A stretch of 54,099 nt of DNA from a virus (IMGVR_UViG_3300022212_000093:1-54099); one strand, 5' to 3'. Counted from the stretch's first letter, positions 9,533 through 18,308 are shown. Numbers and translations: made by a program. Notes: generated by a model from the sequence alone, not told the origin.

Positions 9533-12168
9533 GTATTCCAATAATGCATAAGATCCTTCCAAAGCCCATAAAGAGAAGCTGGGCAGAATACAAATGTTTT
9601 TTAAACGTTAAAAACTGGTATAAACAGTTTGAGGAGATCGACAGGCGGCTCGTCCTGTCCCTTTCTCCTACTGTTTTTAAGCCAAAATGGGGAGGGCGGT
9701 ATCTATACGCTGACGGCTGCTATATGCAGATTATAAGCGTAGGAGATCCAAGTCCAATTAATCCTAATAGGCAGGGAATACCCCCTAGAAAGGATCTTAG
9801 GCTTATAGATGACCTGCTAGCCATTCCGACTGGGGAAAATGCCTGCATAGGAATTACGCAGACTGCTATACCCCTGCCTCCGCGAGACGAGATCGAAGCT
9901 CTCGAAAATGCAAGGCGCGAAAACATCCTGGCGGCTGCAATGCAGGAATCCGAAAACGAGGGCGTCTTTAAAAATATTCACGATAAAATTATAGATTACA
10001 TAGCTGAGGGAATAAACGAATACAACCGGGCAGTATTCGAGGGCCGCATGAGAATGTTTGAATTCTCGCTCTTGATAGCTGTTAAGGGGAAGACTACAAA
10101 AGACGTAGACGACCTTATGAGCCTGATTATTGCTCTCCTGGACGGTAAGAGGGTAATACATGAAATTTTAGAATATGGACAAGTCGATGCCTATTATATG
10201 ATGATGCCGACGCCGTTTGTAAAAGAAAGGTTACTCTCGACCACAACAGGCGAGATGGTAGCCAGGACCAGCCCGTTACGAAATAAAAACCCGAGGCTAG
10301 CGAAGTCGGGCCACTGGCTAGGGATCAATGAGGACACAAATAACCCAATTTTCTTAAATTTCAAAGACGGGAGCCTGGTTTCTGGTCATGCTATTGTAAT
10401 CGGGAAGTCGGGGTCCGGGAAGTCGACTGAGCTTCTTAAGGACGATAAAAGAGTTCTTGAGATGGGAGACGAGGCTTTCCATATAGTCCCGAAAGCAGAC
10501 GAAGACACAAACCACATTAATGTATGTAAAGAACTTGGTGGGCAGCTTATTAAGATCGGGCATAAGCGGGCGGGAGCACAAGATGCTGACTCTAACCCTA
10601 ACATGTTCCAGGTCTTCTTTGATCCGGAAAGAATGGATACCTCATTAGGATCCTACCAGCTTGCGTTTTCTAAACATATGTCTCTTTTGCCTGATGTCAT
10701 CGGGCTCCTAATTGGTGACAGTTTTTCAGACCCTCAGAGAAATTGGGTATATAGCTCGCTGGTAGAGTTATACCACAGGCGAGGAGTGATAGACGACAAC
10801 GGAAACGTCATCAACCTTGATAAATGGGAAGATGGCAACTTCTGGCCTAACTTCGACGACTGGCGGGCTCTCATATATGAGTGGATGCAAGACGATGAGC
10901 ACAAAGCTCCTCATGTGAATTCTGTCCTTGCTGCAATCTATAACAATACAACCATGATAACCAAGAAGGGGCCATATGGTTTCTTGGTCAATAACAATAT
11001 CCTAAAGCTTAGGAATAGATTTACAATGGTTGACCTTTCCGAGCTCATTGATACCCCTCATATCCAGGACGCGATGATCCTGCTTATAACAGGGATAATA
11101 AATACAAAAATACAATGTGTCCCGAAGGGGCAGGTTAAAAAACATATTTTCATTACATTGGACGAGGGCGCAAACCTGGTTAAAATTCCACGGATGCGGC
11201 ACGTAATCGAAAGGATGTTCAGAGAGCTTCGCAGTTTTGGAGGTCATCTTAAAATAGTATTCCAAGACCTTGCAGGCGTGCCCCCAGAGATGATAAACAT
11301 GATGAAAACAAATTCCGACTACGTGCTCCTGCTTTCTAACATGTCGGCCTATAACATAAAGCCGTTAGTTAAAGAATTTAACCTCACTAGAAACGACATA
11401 AGGAGACTTAAAGCGAAAGGAAAAGGAAAGGGCCTCCTGATCATCGGAGACACGCGTATAAACTATTTCAATTCACTTACACCAGATGATGAGAGGGTAA
11501 TCTTTGGGAAATCGTTGAAAGTTGATTCTGAGAATACAGAGCAGTCGGCTGGATTCAGCCTGGATAAAAGAGTTCAATGGGTAAAGGATAAGCACAAAGT
11601 ATTTTTAAAAGACTGGCTGGTTGGTATTAACCTTAATCAGGTTATACGGGTACCCGGTTACGAGATGGAGCAATTCGACCATCCATTCCAGGCTGGAAAG
11701 AAAACGGCTTATATTGAAGTCGGGCTCGAAAAAGAGGATGGGCACATCAAAAACCAAACAAAGGAACATTACCTCTTTGTCTGTGCTCTCGCAGGCGAAT
11801 GCTCATTAATGGGAGCAGTCGCAACTACTGACGACTACGGCACAGGGCAGGAAGTAGACGTTAAGCTAGTCTTCAACCAGGGTACAGCTAACGAAACTGT
11901 AATCGGGATTGAAGTTGAAATCGAAAGATCGCATACTGTAAAGGAGCTCCAGGAAAAACGAGACAGGTTATTGATGAGAAAACGCGATGGGAAGCCTGAA
12001 TTTGACCATATAATTTTCACAGGAACACATGATTATTATAAAACGACACTCCGCGACGCGGTCGGACCTGATTTCTCAGCACCTAGAGGGAAGAGGCTTA
12101 AAGATAAAATACTCGCCTGCGTGAAAGCAGGAAAGAGGGCGACCGATAGCGATAATTTAGAGGACTGA
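9529..12168 (+). CDS. virB4: VirB4/TraG-like ATPase with C-terminal nuclease-like extension
   Basis: Walker A GKSGSGKST, Walker B ITLDEGA, downstream RELRSFGG and FQD motifs of the VirB4/HerA-FtsK group; long N-terminal VirB4-type region; 879 aa. Confidence 0.8.
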   Translation: MSIPIMHKILPKPIKRSWAEYKCFLNVKNWYKQFEEIDRRLVLSLSPTVFKPKWGGRYLYADGCYMQIISVGDPSPINPNRQGIPPRKDLRLIDDLLAIPTGENACIGITQTAIPLPPRDEIEALENARRENILAAAMQESENEGVFKNIHDKIIDYIAEGINEYNRAVFEGRMRMFEFSLLIAVKGKTTKDVDDLMSLIIALLDGKRVIHEILEYGQVDAYYMMMPTPFVKERLLSTTTGEMVARTSPLRNKNPRLAKSGHWLGINEDTNNPIFLNFKDGSLVSGHAIVIGKSGSGKSTELLKDDKRVLEMGDEAFHIVPKADEDTNHINVCKELGGQLIKIGHKRAGAQDADSNPNMFQVFFDPERMDTSLGSYQLAFSKHMSLLPDVIGLLIGDSFSDPQRNWVYSSLVELYHRRGVIDDNGNVINLDKWEDGNFWPNFDDWRALIYEWMQDDEHKAPHVNSVLAAIYNNTTMITKKGPYGFLVNNNILKLRNRFTMVDLSELIDTPHIQDAMILLITGIINTKIQCVPKGQVKKHIFITLDEGANLVKIPRMRHVIERMFRELRSFGGHLKIVFQDLAGVPPEMINMMKTNSDYVLLLSNMSAYNIKPLVKEFNLTRNDIRRLKAKGKGKGLLIIGDTRINYFNSLTPDDERVIFGKSLKVDSENTEQSAGFSLDKRVQWVKDKHKVFLKDWLVGINLNQVIRVPGYEMEQFDHPFQAGKKTAYIEVGLEKEDGHIKNQTKEHYLFVCALAGECSLMGAVATTDDYGTGQEVDVKLVFNQGTANETVIGIEVEIERSHTVKELQEKRDRLLMRKRDGKPEFDHIIFTGTHDYYKTTLRDAVGPDFSAPRGKRLKDKILACVKAGKRATDSDNLED

Positions 12169-12249
12169 GAAAACCAGAATTCAGGAAATCCACCTGATTT
12201 TAACCTCAATTCTACCGAAAGCGACGCTCTGACGGCTTAACTCCTTGCG

Positions 12250-12358
12250 GTACTGTCCCTAACGGGACATACGGCTCGCTATAGCTCCGGGCTATAATAA
12301 GCCCGGCATACGCTCGCCTATAGTCCCTTAAGGTCCAGTCCCTCCGGGCTTAAGCCCG
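12250..12358. other. Cluster of short GC-rich hairpins/palindromes after the VirB4-like gene
   Basis: TGTCCC-TAAC-GGGACA, TATAGC/GCTATA, CCGGGCT/AGCCCGG, perfect palindrome CGGGCTTAAGCCCG. Confidence 0.7.
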
Positions 12359-12451
12359 TCGGGAACGATTAAAACCCACGCGATTATAAAAATAAAATTG
12401 TGTTACTTATTATTACAGAAGATATGAATTGTAATAACGAGGGTTTCCAAG

Positions 12452-12850
12452 ATGAATAACTTTTTAAATGTCTCCTGCGATTGTGTTTTTATGAAAGGAG
12501 AAGAAGATGAACCTAAAAAAGAAAGGGTTGGAAGTGGTATGTATCATGCAGTAGACCTTGATGAATGGGACGACCCTTTCCCTGTTCTCACGATAGGCAA
12601 CAAAGGGCGAGTACATCTCCCTCTTCGTTATCTCGACTCTGACATATGGGTATTCATTTCTGAAGCGGCAGACATAAGGGAAAAATGTAATCTTATATTA
12701 TTACCCAAAACAGGGCCGACAAAGTGGGTAGAGGTCTTTCAATCAAGAGGGAAAAACGCAGGAGACCTTTTAAATGTCTTCGGAAACGGCGATATTTGCG
12801 TAAAATATAAAAAAGGTATGAATGTTAAAGTATTCGTGAGGAGAGCATGA
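12452..12850 (+). CDS. Hypothetical protein
   Basis: 132 aa ORF, ATGA overlap with the next gene. Confidence 0.65.
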   Translation: MNNFLNVSCDCVFMKGEEDEPKKERVGSGMYHAVDLDEWDDPFPVLTIGNKGRVHLPLRYLDSDIWVFISEAADIREKCNLILLPKTGPTKWVEVFQSRGKNAGDLLNVFGNGDICVKYKKGMNVKVFVRRA

Positions 12851-13269
12851 ATTTAGAATTTACCCCCTTAAAAGTTATTTTGCTTATGATCCTAGCAGCT
12901 ACCGGCGGGATCATTGGAGGGCAGCACATAGCAGCACAGGTCCAGCAGGTCGACCAAGCGGAGAGCTTCGAGGATCAGATCAGAGCAAACGTTATACAGG
13001 TAGATAACGAGATTCAGGCGCTTAAGCTGGCATATAATAACTCAAGCGTCGGATATTTCCGGGCAGACTGCCAGAATACGCAGCAGTATATAACGGAGAA
13101 ATGGCTGGCAGCGAGCCGAGACTCAGGCATGAGCCAGGAGGACCGGAGGCTTAACGCAGAATACAGGGATTTTTTAGTCGAAGCCAGCAGCATTATAGAC
13201 GTTTACCTGGCGAGAAGTAACCCGGACTTCACAGAGTATGAAAAATACAGAGACAATTTATTAAAATGA
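12847..13269 (+). CDS. Membrane-anchored/secreted hypothetical protein
   Basis: N-terminal hydrophobic helix followed by a helical soluble domain. Confidence 0.7.
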   Translation: MNLEFTPLKVILLMILAATGGIIGGQHIAAQVQQVDQAESFEDQIRANVIQVDNEIQALKLAYNNSSVGYFRADCQNTQQYITEKWLAASRDSGMSQEDRRLNAEYRDFLVEASSIIDVYLARSNPDFTEYEKYRDNLLK

Positions 13270-13335
13270 ATATTGAGGTTCTTTTTCTTGCATGTTTATA
13301 AATTTGCGTAGGGGTTTAATAAGGATTTTGGGAAG

Positions 13336-13674
13336 TTATAACCCCCTATTATGTATCGCCCAATATCTTTCTATTTTCTCTTTATCCGAACGCCCTTCAG
13401 CAGTTAATACATTCAATTCCGCTTTTAATTTAGCCACTTGTTTTCGATAACGGTTAATGTCTTCTTGAACGTATTTACATCTGGGATTCGGAAAACACCC
13501 TTTCTCGATGTCTCTATTGATGTATTCCATATAATCTTTTATCGTGTCTTCCTTTTGCTCTATCTCGAAGTTTATAGTTATTATTTGAGAATTGATAAAT
13601 GAACGATCACACCATTCATCAGAACACACTTTAAAAGGATTGTTTGTTAGTATTTCCCATTCGTCGATAGGCAT
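13336..13674 (-). CDS. Hypothetical coiled-coil protein
   Basis: GGGGTT RBS-like sequence, ATG, heptad-like helices. Confidence 0.6.
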   Translation of the reverse strand: MPIDEWEILTNNPFKVCSDEWCDRSFINSQIITINFEIEQKEDTIKDYMEYINRDIEKGCFPNPRCKYVQEDINRYRKQVAKLKAELNVLTAEGRSDKEKIERYWAIHNRGL

Positions 13675-13715
13675 ATGTTAAACCCCTTGAAATCGTTATC
13701 AGTTCTGAGCGGTAG

Positions 13716-13805
13716 TTAATAACATTTAAGCCACGGCCTCCAGATTCTCAGCTTAACCCTAACAGTTTTAGGGAATTTTCGGCCCACTGGAACGATGTAA
13801 GCCAC
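13716..13805 (-). CDS. Basic microprotein (29 aa)
   Basis: GTG start directly after the upstream stop, GGGGTGG RBS-like sequence; MAYIVPVGRKFPKTVRVKLRIWRPWLKCY. Confidence 0.35.
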   Translation of the reverse strand: MAYIVPVGRKFPKTVRVKLRIWRPWLKCY

Positions 13806-14090
13806 TTAGACCACCCCCAAGCACTTTAATACGCCCACGAAAGCAAAATATTCGTAAGCTGAGAAAAGAAGGGCTGAGGGATAAGATTTATTTTTCAATG
13901 CTAAACCGGCTAATATTGGATTCGCCATGCAGAAAAACACCTGCGCTAGAAGGTTATTCCCGACTGATAAGTAATAAGAGCCAGACAGCCCAAGGGCGGC
14001 GGAAAGTACATCGAATCGTAAAAGACTCTTATTAACATAACTTAAATAATTTTTGCCGTAACTGTTAGACTGTTTTACTGTCATGGTCAT
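13806..14090 (-). CDS. Small membrane protein
   Basis: GGAGG RBS; about three hydrophobic segments. Confidence 0.65.
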   Translation of the reverse strand: MTMTVKQSNSYGKNYLSYVNKSLLRFDVLSAALGLSGSYYLSVGNNLLAQVFFCMANPILAGLALKNKSYPSALLFSAYEYFAFVGVLKCLGVV

Positions 14091-14118
14091 TTAATAAGCC
14101 TCCTCTATAAAACTAAAT

Positions 14119-14295
14119 TTAATAAAACATTTGTTCATAAAATTGGAGAGCGTGATCTCGCATTTTATATGGGTCGAAACATTGGATAGTAAAATCCCCG
14201 GCGGCAGCTCTTAGAAAAATAGAGCAGTTAAAACAATTTAAACGGTAACATTCTCCAGCGTCGGCAGGAAGTTCGCTTATCATTACGTCTTGCAT
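14119..14295 (-). CDS. Hypothetical protein (58 aa)
   Basis: AAGGTG RBS, ATG; below the ORF-track length cut-off; fills the operon gap. Confidence 0.55.
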   Translation of the reverse strand: MQDVMISELPADAGECYRLNCFNCSIFLRAAAGDFTIQCFDPYKMRDHALQFYEQMFY

Positions 14296-14307
14296 ATCAG
14301 CACCTTA

Positions 14308-14652
14308 TCAAAGTTGATATTTTCTTCTCGGTCCTGGATAATCTACCTCGTCTAAATGATATGATACAGTTTCCCCGTTTTTCCAGTAACTCTTATAACT
14401 ATAATTCTTACCCACTTCGGCGGTTTTGTACTGTTCTTCAGTAACCAACCACGGAAGGCGAAACTCCTCATTTTGTAACGTTACGCTGAAATATTCAGCC
14501 CCGCCATGCGTAAATGAATGTTTCTCTACACACGTTCCGTTAAATTCGTCACGGAGTTCAGGCTCAGGCGGGCGAATTGAGTCGGATATTATATGTGTGG
14601 ATACAATCAGAAGAATTATAAATATGCCAAAGCGGAGATTTGCATAGGTCAT
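14308..14652 (-). CDS. Single-pass membrane hypothetical protein
   Basis: N-terminal TM helix followed by a beta-rich domain. Confidence 0.65.
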   Translation of the reverse strand: MTYANLRFGIFIILLIVSTHIISDSIRPPEPELRDEFNGTCVEKHSFTHGGAEYFSVTLQNEEFRLPWLVTEEQYKTAEVGKNYSYKSYWKNGETVSYHLDEVDYPGPRRKYQL

Positions 14653-14675
14653 TGTGTTTCCATCCTATCTTTGTG

Positions 14676-15053
14676 TTAAGTCCGTTGTTGCCCGACTGTC
14701 TCACATTTCCACCCGTTCGCCTGCCAGATTCTCCTTACTATTTCATCCCTCGAAATCGCCCCGCCTCGATACATCCCGACAAGTTCAGGATGTTCAGCGA
14801 GGTACTTCAAGACGTTACCATGACAGGGCTTTGGATAGCACCAACATGCAAGCCATTTACCTTTAAGTTCGTGAAGATCATCTAGTAACTTACTATCTAA
14901 AATATAGTAGGCGTATCTCCTGATTACATGCATGCGTTCACTTTCCGAGCGCATTCTATAAGGATTTCCCCATTTTGATTTTCTGTCAATTCTTACGATT
15001 TGCGAAGGGACGCGTGGAGTATAATGCATGTTGAGGATTTCGATTTCAGACAT
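14676..15053 (-). CDS. DUF4326 family protein
   Basis: RIDRKSKWGNPY ... ELKGKWLACWCYPKPCHGNVL signature. Confidence 0.85.
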   Translation of the reverse strand: MSEIEILNMHYTPRVPSQIVRIDRKSKWGNPYRMRSESERMHVIRRYAYYILDSKLLDDLHELKGKWLACWCYPKPCHGNVLKYLAEHPELVGMYRGGAISRDEIVRRIWQANGWKCETVGQQRT

Positions 15054-15085
15054 TACTCAACCCCCTTAACTTCACAAGGCGCGAT

Positions 15086-15523
15086 TCACAACGTCCATTT
15101 TGCCCTGGGAGGGCGCAAGTATTTTTTGTCGTATGGAAGCCCTTCAATTTCTTGAAGTTTTGTCTTTTTGCATTCCTCAGATGTGAGATCATAATTGTAT
15201 CTAATATTAATCTCTCGGAGCGCTTGATCTACATCTGGAACTGGCTCCACTATGAAGCACGGGCTCCTGTAGTACTTCCGATTCGCGACGAAACGGAAGC
15301 AATATGCTCCACGTTCTACATATTTCAGCCCCCCCGGAAACGCGGGGATTTCGGAAGGGTCAACATATTTGAATACTTCTGAGTACATCTGTCTATCAGA
15401 TGCACCCTCTATTTCAAGTTCTCTAAGTCTTGCGTACAAGACTTTATTTACTATTTTTTTGAATGTGTTATCCAATATCTCTGGAGGAAAACTGTTCTCC
15501 AGTGCGTTGAGTCTGGAGGTCAT
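15086..15523 (-). CDS. Hypothetical protein
   Basis: GGAGG RBS, 145 aa, tightly packed in the operon. Confidence 0.7.
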   Translation of the reverse strand: MTSRLNALENSFPPEILDNTFKKIVNKVLYARLRELEIEGASDRQMYSEVFKYVDPSEIPAFPGGLKYVERGAYCFRFVANRKYYRSPCFIVEPVPDVDQALREINIRYNYDLTSEECKKTKLQEIEGLPYDKKYLRPPRAKWTL

Positions 15524-15526
15524 TTT

Positions 15527-15922
15527 TCAGACCTCCACGAATCCAATGTGCCGGAATACTACGATCTTCCTGACTGACCCATCCGGCTGTGGGATTTCCT
15601 CGCTCTCTCTTTTCGAAAAAGCATAAACCGGAGTGAACCCGCACTCTCGGAGTGCTTTCTCGAGTGCTCCCATTAAGAACGGAGCACCGCCTATCATCAC
15701 GCGGGTGATCCATATTCTATTGTCAGTCTCACCCGCGTAGAAAGATGCCTCAGATGCTGCTATTCGCGCAAGTTCTGAGGCTCTTGCTTCGATCTCCTCT
15801 TTTGAAGGGATCTCCTCAAAAGTAAGGAGTTCCCTTATCTTATCTTTGCACATTCTAGGCTCAACGACGAGTTGAGCTTTTTGTTCTTGGGTAGCTGTGT
15901 GTTGGGTCAAATTCAGTATCAT
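15527..15922 (-). CDS. Csx20-like small CARF-related protein; candidate viral ring nuclease
   Basis: GAGGTG RBS before ATG 15922; LTQHTATQEQ and PVYAFSKRESEE...V.KIVVFRHIGF resemble the Csx20 pattern as recalled from memory. Confidence 0.55.
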   Translation of the reverse strand: MILNLTQHTATQEQKAQLVVEPRMCKDKIRELLTFEEIPSKEEIEARASELARIAASEASFYAGETDNRIWITRVMIGGAPFLMGALEKALRECGFTPVYAFSKRESEEIPQPDGSVRKIVVFRHIGFVEV

Positions 15923-16005
15923 TTTAACACCTCTAGATTTTGAAAATTCTGACATACTCTTTGTATCTCATGTTAAACTGTTTAAGCCTCCACAGTGAAG
16001 GGGTC

Positions 16006-16245
16006 TTAAGCTTCAACCCCATCTGCAATCACATTAATAACATTGATAATTCCATTCAGTGTGCCTCTTCTCTTAGAATAGTATGCAAACCCTCTGTGCT
16101 GCCCGAAGTGCTTGCCTGATCTCATGTCTTCGGGTCTGTCGCTTATCCAACCATCATTCGCGACGTACAAGCGGTTACCATCGAGTGTGAAATCCATTGC
16201 AAAGCCGTAGATTTCTTTTGCTTTTTCTAGATGTGTCGTATTCAT
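16006..16245 (-). CDS. Hypothetical protein
   Basis: Downstream of a repeated promoter box; GGAG RBS. Confidence 0.65.
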   Translation of the reverse strand: MNTTHLEKAKEIYGFAMDFTLDGNRLYVANDGWISDRPEDMRSGKHFGQHRGFAYYSKRRGTLNGIINVINVIADGVEA

Positions 16246-16300
16246 CTTTTGACTCCGTGTATTTTGTAATCCCTTTGACTTAGTATATAGTAATAGGTTT

Positions 16301-16398
16301 CAAAGTATATATAACTTACTATCTTCAGTGATGAAAGTAAATATAAAAAATAATTAATCTGGAATCTTTTTAATTTCGTCTTCGTTTCTTTCCACATA
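16301..16398. repeat. About 98 bp duplicated segment (promoter plus gene 3' end), copy A
   Basis: Near-identical to 16728-16824. Confidence 0.9.
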
Positions 16399-16431
16399 CG
16401 CCATAAGGGCAGGGATTCCACTTTCTGGCAT
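16354..16431 (-). pseudogene. 25-codon mini-ORF/remnant whose C-terminus duplicates that of 16780-17019
   Basis: MPESGIPALMAYVERNEDEIKKIPD vs ...KYVERNEEEIKKIPD. Confidence 0.5.
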
Positions 16432-16656
16432 TTACAACAACTCCTTAATTATTTCAACGAGGTCGCGCATTTCTAGCGTTACCTCGTTTTTAACTTCGTT
16501 TTTAACTTCTGTTACCACCGCTCTTTTTTCATAATGCGGCTTAACGTTCCAACCGGTTATTTTTACGTCTTTAATTTCTACCGTTGCTCCATTTCGGAGC
16601 ATTTTAACGAGGTCTTCTGTTCCTATTTCCTTCTCAACTTGTGTTCTTTGCATCAT
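16432..16656 (-). CDS. Hypothetical protein
   Basis: GGAG RBS; downstream of a repeated promoter box. Confidence 0.65.
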   Translation of the reverse strand: MMQRTQVEKEIGTEDLVKMLRNGATVEIKDVKITGWNVKPHYEKRAVVTEVKNEVKNEVTLEMRDLVEIIKELL

Positions 16657-16727
16657 CTTGGTTAACTCCTTTAATTAGCTTTGTTATTATCGTTTTCTCT
16701 TAGGTTGTACAATATACTATACAACCT

Positions 16728-16824
16728 CAAAGTATTTAAAACTTACTATCTTCAGTGAACAAAGTAAATAAAAAAATAATTAATCTGGAATCTTTTTAAT
16801 TTCTTCTTCGTTTCTTTCTACATA
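16728..16824. repeat. Duplicated segment, copy B
   Basis: Near-identical to 16301-16398. Confidence 0.9.
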
Positions 16825-17019
16825 TTTACACTTTATGCAGAACAGTAAGACGTTAGATGTCTTACGCTTCTTATTTAAAGTATATTGAGTGCTTGACTTT
16901 TTAAGATAGTATTTTTTACCCTGTTTCAGGCACTCTGGGCATAGTTTTCTAGGGTTTTTGCCTTGTCCTGTACCTGGATTTGGCCATTTTTTAGGAGTGT
17001 TCTGTTTCCGCGCTGTCAT
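16780..17019 (-). CDS. Basic zinc-ribbon protein
   Basis: CPEC...CIKC, Lys-rich. Confidence 0.7.
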   Translation of the reverse strand: MTARKQNTPKKWPNPGTGQGKNPRKLCPECLKQGKKYYLKKSSTQYTLNKKRKTSNVLLFCIKCKYVERNEEEIKKIPD

Positions 17020-17654
17020 TTTTTCAAGCTCCTTATTTGTGCGGCGAGCTCATCACTGAATGGAACTCTTACGCCAATGGCGCCTGCCCCTCCAGTCTGC
17101 ACGTTGTTTCGCCCCCAGTCGTCTCCATCAAATCCATTGTTTCGAACATACCAGATCCAGCTTTCCTGGATCACCCACCATTCACCACCACCCCACGGGT
17201 TTTTGGGATTTGTGGGGTGTTGGATCACCTCGCCTTCCACTCTCATCTTATTTTCCGTTTTTGGGTATTCTGCCTCCGAGAAGGCTTTGAGAACGTCGTC
17301 AATTTTTTCCTGTAGCTCCTTAGCTCTTTTCTCTTTCTTTTCTTTCCTCTTCTTTGCCTGTTCTCTCCTATAAGCCAGGGTAAGCTCCTCTTTTACACCG
17401 AGGATTTTCTCAACTGCTTCCGGCTGTGATGTGAGCCAGCCGTAAAGCTCTCCATCTGCGTCGTCAAAGCCAAATCTCTCGAAGTGTTCTGCTATCATTC
17501 TCCACGTTTCTCTGGGAACAAATCCACTCAGTCTGTAATATGACATCCCTGTTTCTGGACACCGTCCTGCGTACTGCAGGTAGATATTTTCTAGACTCGA
17601 TTTAGCTGTTGCATTGGTTCCGAACTTTTCTCCTGTCTTTTTCATAATAATCAA
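17016..17654 (-). CDS. Hypothetical protein (Trp/Gly-rich C-terminal domain)
   Basis: GAGGTTGA RBS, 212 aa, downstream of the third promoter box. Confidence 0.75.
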   Translation of the reverse strand: MIIMKKTGEKFGTNATAKSSLENIYLQYAGRCPETGMSYYRLSGFVPRETWRMIAEHFERFGFDDADGELYGWLTSQPEAVEKILGVKEELTLAYRREQAKKRKEKKEKRAKELQEKIDDVLKAFSEAEYPKTENKMRVEGEVIQHPTNPKNPWGGGEWWVIQESWIWYVRNNGFDGDDWGRNNVQTGGAGAIGVRVPFSDELAAQIRSLKK

Positions 17655-17680
17655 CCTCTATAATATACAAGGCACACAAC

Positions 17681-17707
17681 ATATATAAAACTTACTATCT
17701 TCAGTGA
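17681..17707 (-). promoter_or_regulatory. Conserved early promoter TCACTGAAGATAGTAAGT plus TATA box (also at 16314-16331 and 16741-16758)
   Basis: 18 bp box identical in three copies, each directly followed on the minus strand by a TATA-like sequence and then a gene. Confidence 0.8.
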
Positions 17708-17833
17708 ACAAAGTGAACTTCTAAACAACTAAATAAATAAAATGAATTATTTAAATATGTAATAATTTATATAGTTAATGTTCTAATAATCACATGCTAA
17801 AAAAATACAGGAGCCTTGTAATGAAAGAACCAC

Positions 17834-18262
17834 GTGGTGGAAATGCCGAATTATGATACACATAAATTCCTCTGCCTTCTCCCCCTGCCTCTCGTCCTGG
17901 TCTTTCTAGTGATGGCATACGACGGAGGCTTCGTCGAGATCGTGCCTATAATTTTATGTCTGGTCTGGTGGCTGCTGCACACCCTCGTTATAACTCCAGA
18001 CATAGATACGCTTTCGATACCCTCTAAGCGACTGGGACCATTAGGATTGATAATAAGGAAACTGTCAACGCACAGGAAAACCTGGCACTCTCCATTTTTC
18101 TGGGCCGCATATTTTTGCCTGAGTTACAATTATCTCGGCTGGTGGACCCTGGGCGGGGTTTTCCCTGTTTACTGTCATATTTTCGTTGATATAATCGACC
18201 ACGCCTATAAAGTACAGAAACGAAAAATATTAAAGAAGCTTCGTTTAAACGGCTTATTCTGA
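17834..18262 (+). CDS. DUF2227/YdjM-like metal-binding membrane protein
   Basis: MPNYDTH, TPDID, THRKTWHS and CHIFVD motifs with TM segments. Confidence 0.7.
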   Translation: MVEMPNYDTHKFLCLLPLPLVLVFLVMAYDGGFVEIVPIILCLVWWLLHTLVITPDIDTLSIPSKRLGPLGLIIRKLSTHRKTWHSPFFWAAYFCLSYNYLGWWTLGGVFPVYCHIFVDIIDHAYKVQKRKILKKLRLNGLF

Positions 18263-18308
18263 GGCTCTCTAAGCCTCTAACTCTTTTTTGTTAAGGCTCT
18301 TATACCTT

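Noticed and set aside
12194-12204. CTGATTTTAAC resembles the end of a Methanosarcina CRISPR repeat as I recall it
   Set aside because: Single 11 nt AT-rich match, no second copy, no spacer structure.
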